Assembly: GCA_964016885.1 (NCBI GenBank)
Contig: OZ024743.1
Span: 22,630,001 to 22,694,000 of the forward strand
Direction: 5' to 3'
From: Eledone cirrhosa
Lineage: Eukaryota
Length of the DNA: 64,000 bases
The notes under the pieces are model-generated. The model had not been told where the DNA came from and searched no databases. It saw only the letters and a list, made by a program, of their open reading frames with translations. The translations under genes were made by a program, and so were the position numbers. Of this stretch, positions 57,690-64,000 are shown piece by piece. Each line of letters starts with the position of its first letter. Position 1 is the first letter of the stretch.

Positions 57690-58065
57690 TCCCAGCACCT
57701 TTAAAAGCCACCTAACGCTTTGTCTCCGTGCTATCCACCCATTACAAAAATCAAACTTGCATATCGTAGCAAAGATGCGACCCAACTACTTCACTTAAAA
57801 TGACCCCACTTTCTTTAATATCATATCGAAATACATCAACACAGAAACAGATCTCATAATATTTCAAAGCTTCCTGGACAAATTCCTTCAGGAAATTCCG
57901 GATAAATCCTTTACACTCAGATATGTCTCTGAAAGCAACAACGTTTTATTAGAGTGGGCCATGGATTCCAAAACATGAATAGGTTGAGAACCCATAGCTG
58001 GACTTCGCCAGGGGGTGTTATTAAATAGGATATGGCCTGGGACAACACTGGCCGAAAACTCTCAA
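57690..58065 (+). mobile_element. Decayed CR1-like LINE 3' end
   Basis: FQSFLDKFLQEIPDKSF...NNVLLEW resembles the FKxxLDxFLxxIPDxP C-terminus. Confidence 0.6.
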
Positions 58066-58073
58066 AGTTATAT

Positions 58074-58482
<409 letters not shown>

Positions 58483-58496
58483 TAGATATATATAAG

Positions 58497-58534
<38 letters not shown>

Positions 58535-58545
58535 GGGTGAGAGAG

Positions 58546-58608
<63 letters not shown>

Positions 58609-58954
58609 AGAGAGAGAGAGAGAAAGTGATTGAGAGAACTAGGGTCATACTTGTCTGGCAAATAACTTTATTTGACACTGTTTAAAGTACATGATTTATA
58701 GTTTGAGAGAGAGTCAGGTTAGTCATTTAAAAATGCACAAAAACTGTTAAATTTATATTCATCATTTAGTTCTTGGTATCAAAATTGTCATCGTAGTGTC
58801 TGTGATATAGAGCTGTATGAGACAGGAGAGCGGAGACAATGCAACGAAAATGTTGACACTAGCGAAAATATGATAAATATGAAGTTAATAGTTCTGAGCT
58901 TTTTTAAAAAGCTAACACGTTACTTCAACTCTGTAGTCGGTATCGTATAAATAA

Positions 58955-59081
<127 letters not shown>

Positions 59082-59679
59082 CCCAAGTGCTGGATTTTAC
59101 TAACCTTCCGGGGGTCCGGGTAAATTTTCAATCACAGATATTTTTTATTTGTTTGATCCGAATTACTTGATCGTTTTTTTTTTGGCTATGCTAATGATTG
59201 TTTAAGCATCGTCTCAGTGTGTTTGGCCTTTAACGTTTGTTATAGCTCTGGTTCATCTGAATCATTGAGCACTTGCCACACATCTCGGAGGTTGTTTTTC
59301 GTTATTTCGTGGACCGAAATGTGATTCTCGATAATTTATATTTGTATTTATATATATATATATATATATGCATATACATATATATATACATATATCTAGG
59401 GAGTGTAACTTTCAATATATATACATACGAGATATATGCATATGTATATATATATATTTCGTTTCTGAATTTGTTTAGCAAGATTCTTTATCTGAAATCG
59501 TGTGTTGAAACCGATATTGTTATACTTTGGGAGGGTCATGTTGCCAATAAGAAACACACGCACCAGTTGCTTTCACTTCAATTTATTATATATTTATAAA
59601 TTTATAAATTTACAAATCTACAAACTTATAAATTTCTGGTTGGTTGGTTGGTTCCACAACCAGATAGTTGTTTATATAT

Positions 59680-59724
59680 AGTCATAGTCCTTTCGTCACA
59701 CACTCTGTGACCTCTTCAGTGACT
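59680..59724 (-). ncRNA. Minimal type I hammerhead in PLE terminus (left arm)
   Basis: Mirror of 61792-61836. Confidence 0.7.
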
Positions 59725-59932
59725 GGGGATTCCTTTCTTTGTTTCTGTGCCTTTCCTTTCTTCTGTCCTACGCCATTTTGTTTCTGTGTGTGTGTTGTGT
59801 GCTCAGTTTGCGCATGCGCCACATCCGGGTGTCTGTGTGTGTTTGTGTTCATTTATCTATTTGTTTATTTATTTATTTATTTATTGTTGGTTGGTTGTTT
59901 GTTCTATGTGTGTGTGTGTTTTCATTTTGTCC

Positions 59933-60718
59933 TTAATTGTAAGTTGTGATGTTGCTGTTCCACTCATATTTTCTATTTAATTTTGGTTGTAATTCTGTTA
60001 TGCTTACTGCCTCTGTAATTTGCCTAAACATTGCATCTTTTCTGTGTGTGGATTCTATTTTTATTTCTATGTTCTCTAATTTACCCCTGTGTTCTATCTT
60101 AGCATGTTGGTAGAGCACAGATGATTCTTTATTATCTTGAAGGTCTCGCCAGTGTTCATTTATTCGTTCCCCTATACTACGAGCTGTCTCACCTATGTAC
60201 ACTATATTTTTGTTTCTACATTGTCCTTCAGTACATCTTATGCTATACACTACATTTCTAGTTTTACAGTTAATATGGGGGCTTATTTTACAGGTTATAC
60301 ATTTCTTATCTATACATGAGGGTCTTTGGAACGGGTATGTCTTGCTAATAAGTGTTTTTACGGAGGTACCTGGTCTTTCTACTATCTTAATATTGAGTTT
60401 ATGTTTATTTAGGGCCCTTCTAAATTTGTAGGCTAGTTCGCCTCTAGGGGTTGTATTGATGAACATTACACTCTGGTATTTATTGCTATCATACCATGAG
60501 TTTATTCTATTGGCCTTGTTCCTAGTTCTTTCTATTCTATTCCAAAATTTGCTCCTATACAAGGGGCAGGTCCCATTTATATCATTATTTACCATTTTTT
60601 CCCATTTGGTTCTGGCTCCTTTATACACTCTGATTCTATCTCTCTGATTGTAGCCAGAGAACTGCATACGGTGGATGAAGTGTTGTATGTGTCTCTCTAG
60701 TTCTTCGGGGTTGCACAT
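59933..60718 (-). pseudogene. PLE ORF 3' part: RT thumb, Cys linker and GIY-YIG endonuclease (5'-truncated)
   Basis: MQFSGY, CIDKKCITC, NVVYSIRC...VYIGETARSIGERINEH, RQITEAVSI...PKLNRKYE. Confidence 0.92.
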
Positions 60719-60720
60719 GA

Positions 60721-61583
60721 AACTCGGCCATTTCGGACCATACCAAAATCAACATACTGATTGCGGATTTGGTACGGGTGATGAGAAATGTGTCCCGCAT
60801 GTGCAACCCCGAAGAACTAGAGAGACACATACAACACTTCATCCACCGTATGCAGTTCTCTGGCTACAATCAGAGAGATAGAATCAGAGTGTATAGAGGA
60901 GCCAGAACCAAATGGGAAAAATGGTAAATAATGACATAAATGGGACCTGCCCCTTGTATAGGAGCAAATTTTGGAATAGAATAGAAAGAACTAGGAACAA
61001 GGCCAATAGAATAAACTCATGGTATGATAGCAATAAATACCAGAGTGTAATGTTCATCAATACAACCCCTAGAGGCGAACTAGCCTACAAATTTAGAAGG
61101 GCCCTAAATAAACATAAACTCAATATTAAGATAGTAGAAAGACCAGGTACCTCCGTAAAAACACTTATTAGCAAGACATACCCGTTCCAAAGACCCTCAT
61201 GTATAGATAAGAAATGTATAACCTGTAAAATAAGCCCCCATATTAACTGTAAAACTAGAAATGTAGTGTATAGCATAAGATGTACTGAAGGACAATGTAG
61301 AAACAAAAATATAGTGTACATAGGTGAGACAGCTCGTAGTATAGGGGAACGAATAAATGAACACTGGCGAGACCTTCAAGATAATAAAGAATCATCTGTG
61401 CTCTACCAACATGCTAAGATAGAACACAGGGGTAAATTAGAGAACATAGAAATAAAAATAGAATCCACACACAGAAAAGATGCAATGTTTAGGCAAATTA
61501 CAGAGGCAGTAAGCATAAAAGAATTACAACCAAAATTAAATAGAAAATATGAGTGGAACAGCAACATCACAACTTACAATTAA
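60721..61583 (+). pseudogene. PLE ORF 3' part, second arm (1-nt frameshift near 60917)
   Basis: The spacer reads NSAISDHTKINILIADLVRVMRNVSR into MCNPEE; same GIY-YIG domain as the left arm. Confidence 0.92.
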
Positions 61584-61791
61584 GGACAAAATGAAAACAC
61601 ACACACACATAGAACAAACAACCAACCAACAATAAATAAATAAATAAATAAACAAATAGATAAATGAACACAAACACACACAGACACCCGGATGTGGCGC
61701 ATGCGCAAACTGAGCACACAACACACACACAGAAACAAAATGGCGTAGGACAGAAGAAAGGAAAGGCACAGAAACAAAGAAAGGAATCCCC

Positions 61792-61836
61792 AGTCACTGA
61801 AGAGGTCACAGAGTGTGTGACGAAAGGACTATGACT
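61792..61836 (+). ncRNA. Minimal type I hammerhead in PLE terminus (right arm)
   Basis: AGTCA-CTGAAGA-gGTCAC..GTGAC-GAAA-GGAC-TA-TGACT. Confidence 0.7.
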
Positions 61837-62022
61837 ATATATAAACAACTATCTGGTTGTGGAACCAACCAACCAACCAGAAATTTATAAGTTTGTAGAT
61901 TTGTAAATTTATAAATTTATAAATATATAATAAATTGAAGTGAAAGCAACTGGTGCGTGTGTTTCTTATTGGCAACATGACCCTCCCAAAGTATAACAAT
62001 ATATATATATATTTGTTAATAT

Positions 62023-62103
<81 letters not shown>

Positions 62104-62284
62104 GTATATATATATATATAATATATGCCAGCATTATTTCTGATTTTTTGCGTTTCGTTTCGCTTTTTCTACCCGCCGAAATGCGATTCTTGCTGAATTT
62201 ATATTTATATATATATACGTTTATATATTTATACGTACACATATATATCTATATGCGTAGATATATTTATATATTTAAACGTAT

Positions 62285-62344
<60 letters not shown>

Positions 62345-63387
62345 GTGTCTGTGTGTGTGTTTCTATGTGTATATGTGTATGAATATACATATATTCATAT
62401 ATACATATTAACACTTACATGTAAACATACATATGAGCATAACAAACATTCATATACAAACACGTACTACCACTTTGTCTATGTAATAATAGCTTCTTTT
62501 ATACTAATTGCAGTGTAATTCCAGTCAATGATATAAAAAAATTTCAGAGGTATCTCTTAAAGACAAAGCGGTTACCTCAATATACAGATTACAGATTAAC
62601 ATCCTAGATATTGCCTGAGCAACTGCAATAACAGACTGGTTAATACCTACACATACATACGAATTAAAACATCAAAGCCCTCACTCTTTCTCTAACATAC
62701 TCATATATGTACTCTCATATTTATACATAATCGTAACCTAACAACAACCATTCTGGTCGATACATCGATCTCCAGATTCAATCGACCCTCTAAAACGATT
62801 GTAAACCAATGAATTAACTCTCTACCTACATCTGACTTCTGTTTTTATTCTTCAAACACTCATATATATATATATATATATTTATACATATGTATCATCA
62901 GGTATGAGGATTTCATACATATGAAACAGTGCTAATCCTGTAGAAGTTATTTCTATAACAAATAAAAAAGCTTATACGCTATGAAGGTATTGTGTACCTT
63001 TTTGTATATATAACTAAGCGTATGCTTGGATATATGTATGTGTGTGTGTGTGTGTGCGTGCGCGCGTGGGTGTGTGTGTGTGTGTGTGTGGGCGTGTGTC
63101 AGTGTGTGTGGATACAAAAGCAGTTGACTTTTGAAGTATTGGGGGTAAATCGAAATTTATAATGTATGTCCCAACACAAATGACCATAGTAATAATCATT
63201 ATAAAAAATAATTGCAAAAATCGGCTGAAATGCTCTTGGAGACGGTTAGGAACGTCAGTCGACTTGTTTCCTATACCTGGAGTATTTCACACGATTTTCT
63301 CAACTATTGGCATAATAGTATTTTTCGCTTAGGAAGTAGTAAATTAAGGTTTACGACGTGTCGGACATAGAACCTTCTTCGGGAAAT

Positions 63388-63445
<58 letters not shown>

Positions 63446-63601
63446 CGAAGGAGACGAAAGGTTAGAACATCGGAGGTTTAAAAAAAAATGTTTTACTATG
63501 TCTATATATATATATATATATATGTCGTAAGGTTGCTTGGATGTGTCCATAGGCGGTATACCGGTTGAGCACTCTATGCTGCTTCGGAGAAAAGTATAAT
63601 A

Positions 63602-63806
63602 ATATGGAAAATGAAGAATCAGTGATGCATCGGAACAAATTTATTACGTATTACAATTGTTTCTCCGGCGAACAGCTCGAGGTGCGATCTGTTTGTGGAT
63701 CGAACGCAAGTTCCTCAGACACATCTAGTGAATTCGAAGAGGATTTGCTTCGAATAATACGTAATAAATTTGTTCCGATGCATCACTGATTCTTCGTTTT
63801 CCATGT
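63602..63806 (-). repeat. Fold-back element with a minus-strand hammerhead-like motif (63648-63722); relative at 53641-53770
   Basis: Arms of about 50 bp; minus strand GTGT-CTGAGGA...GAAA-CAATTG-TA-ATAC; stem II poorly paired. Confidence 0.65.
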
Positions 63807-63867
63807 GCGTGTATATATATATATATATATATATATAGTTATGTAATAAACAACATAAGATAACTAA

Positions 63868-63927
63868 TTCATTTACCAGTGGTTTCTTGAAGACAGATAT
63901 TTATATGTCTTCAGTCGTCAGAACGAA
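63868..63927 (-). ncRNA. Type I hammerhead in a fold-back running off the window end
   Basis: Minus strand: TTCGTT-CTGACGA-cTGAAGAC..GTCTTCAa-GAAA-CCACTGG-TA-AATGAA; inverted partial copy at 63950-64000. Confidence 0.8.
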
Positions 63928-64000
63928 TAAAAAAACAAAAAAAAAACAAGACTACTGAAGACATATACATATCTGTCTTCAAGAAACCACTGGTAAATGA

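Larger units (their letters stand above)
59514..62002. mobile_element. Penelope-like (Neptune-type) element as a head-to-head inverted duplication
   Basis: Arms 59514-60719 and 60798-62002 are near-identical reverse complements with a 78-bp spacer; ends in (TA)n. Confidence 0.93.

Overview
AT-rich, microsatellite-saturated animal DNA. The SINE types and repeat landscape suggest an octopus or other coleoid cephalopod (inference). The window holds six spliced minus-strand exons of an unidentified coiled-coil gene (6.6-26.9 kb). The rest is mostly retroelements: R4/Dong-type restriction-like-endonuclease LINEs in (TATG)n, a near full-length Tx1/L1 LINE in (ATT)n, bipartite RTE-derived non-autonomous elements, tRNA-derived SINEs, and a 2.5-kb head-to-head Penelope (GIY-YIG) palindrome. 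The most striking signal is about a dozen type I hammerhead ribozyme motifs, folded by eye. They lie in several unrelated non-coding 430-520 nt units arranged as partial tandem repeats and/or fold-backs inside (TA)n tracts. One locus (24153-24957) has two identical intact hammerheads 483 nt apart, which is the architecture of a circular-RNA-producing retrozyme. All calls are from manual reading; no searches or folding programs were run.
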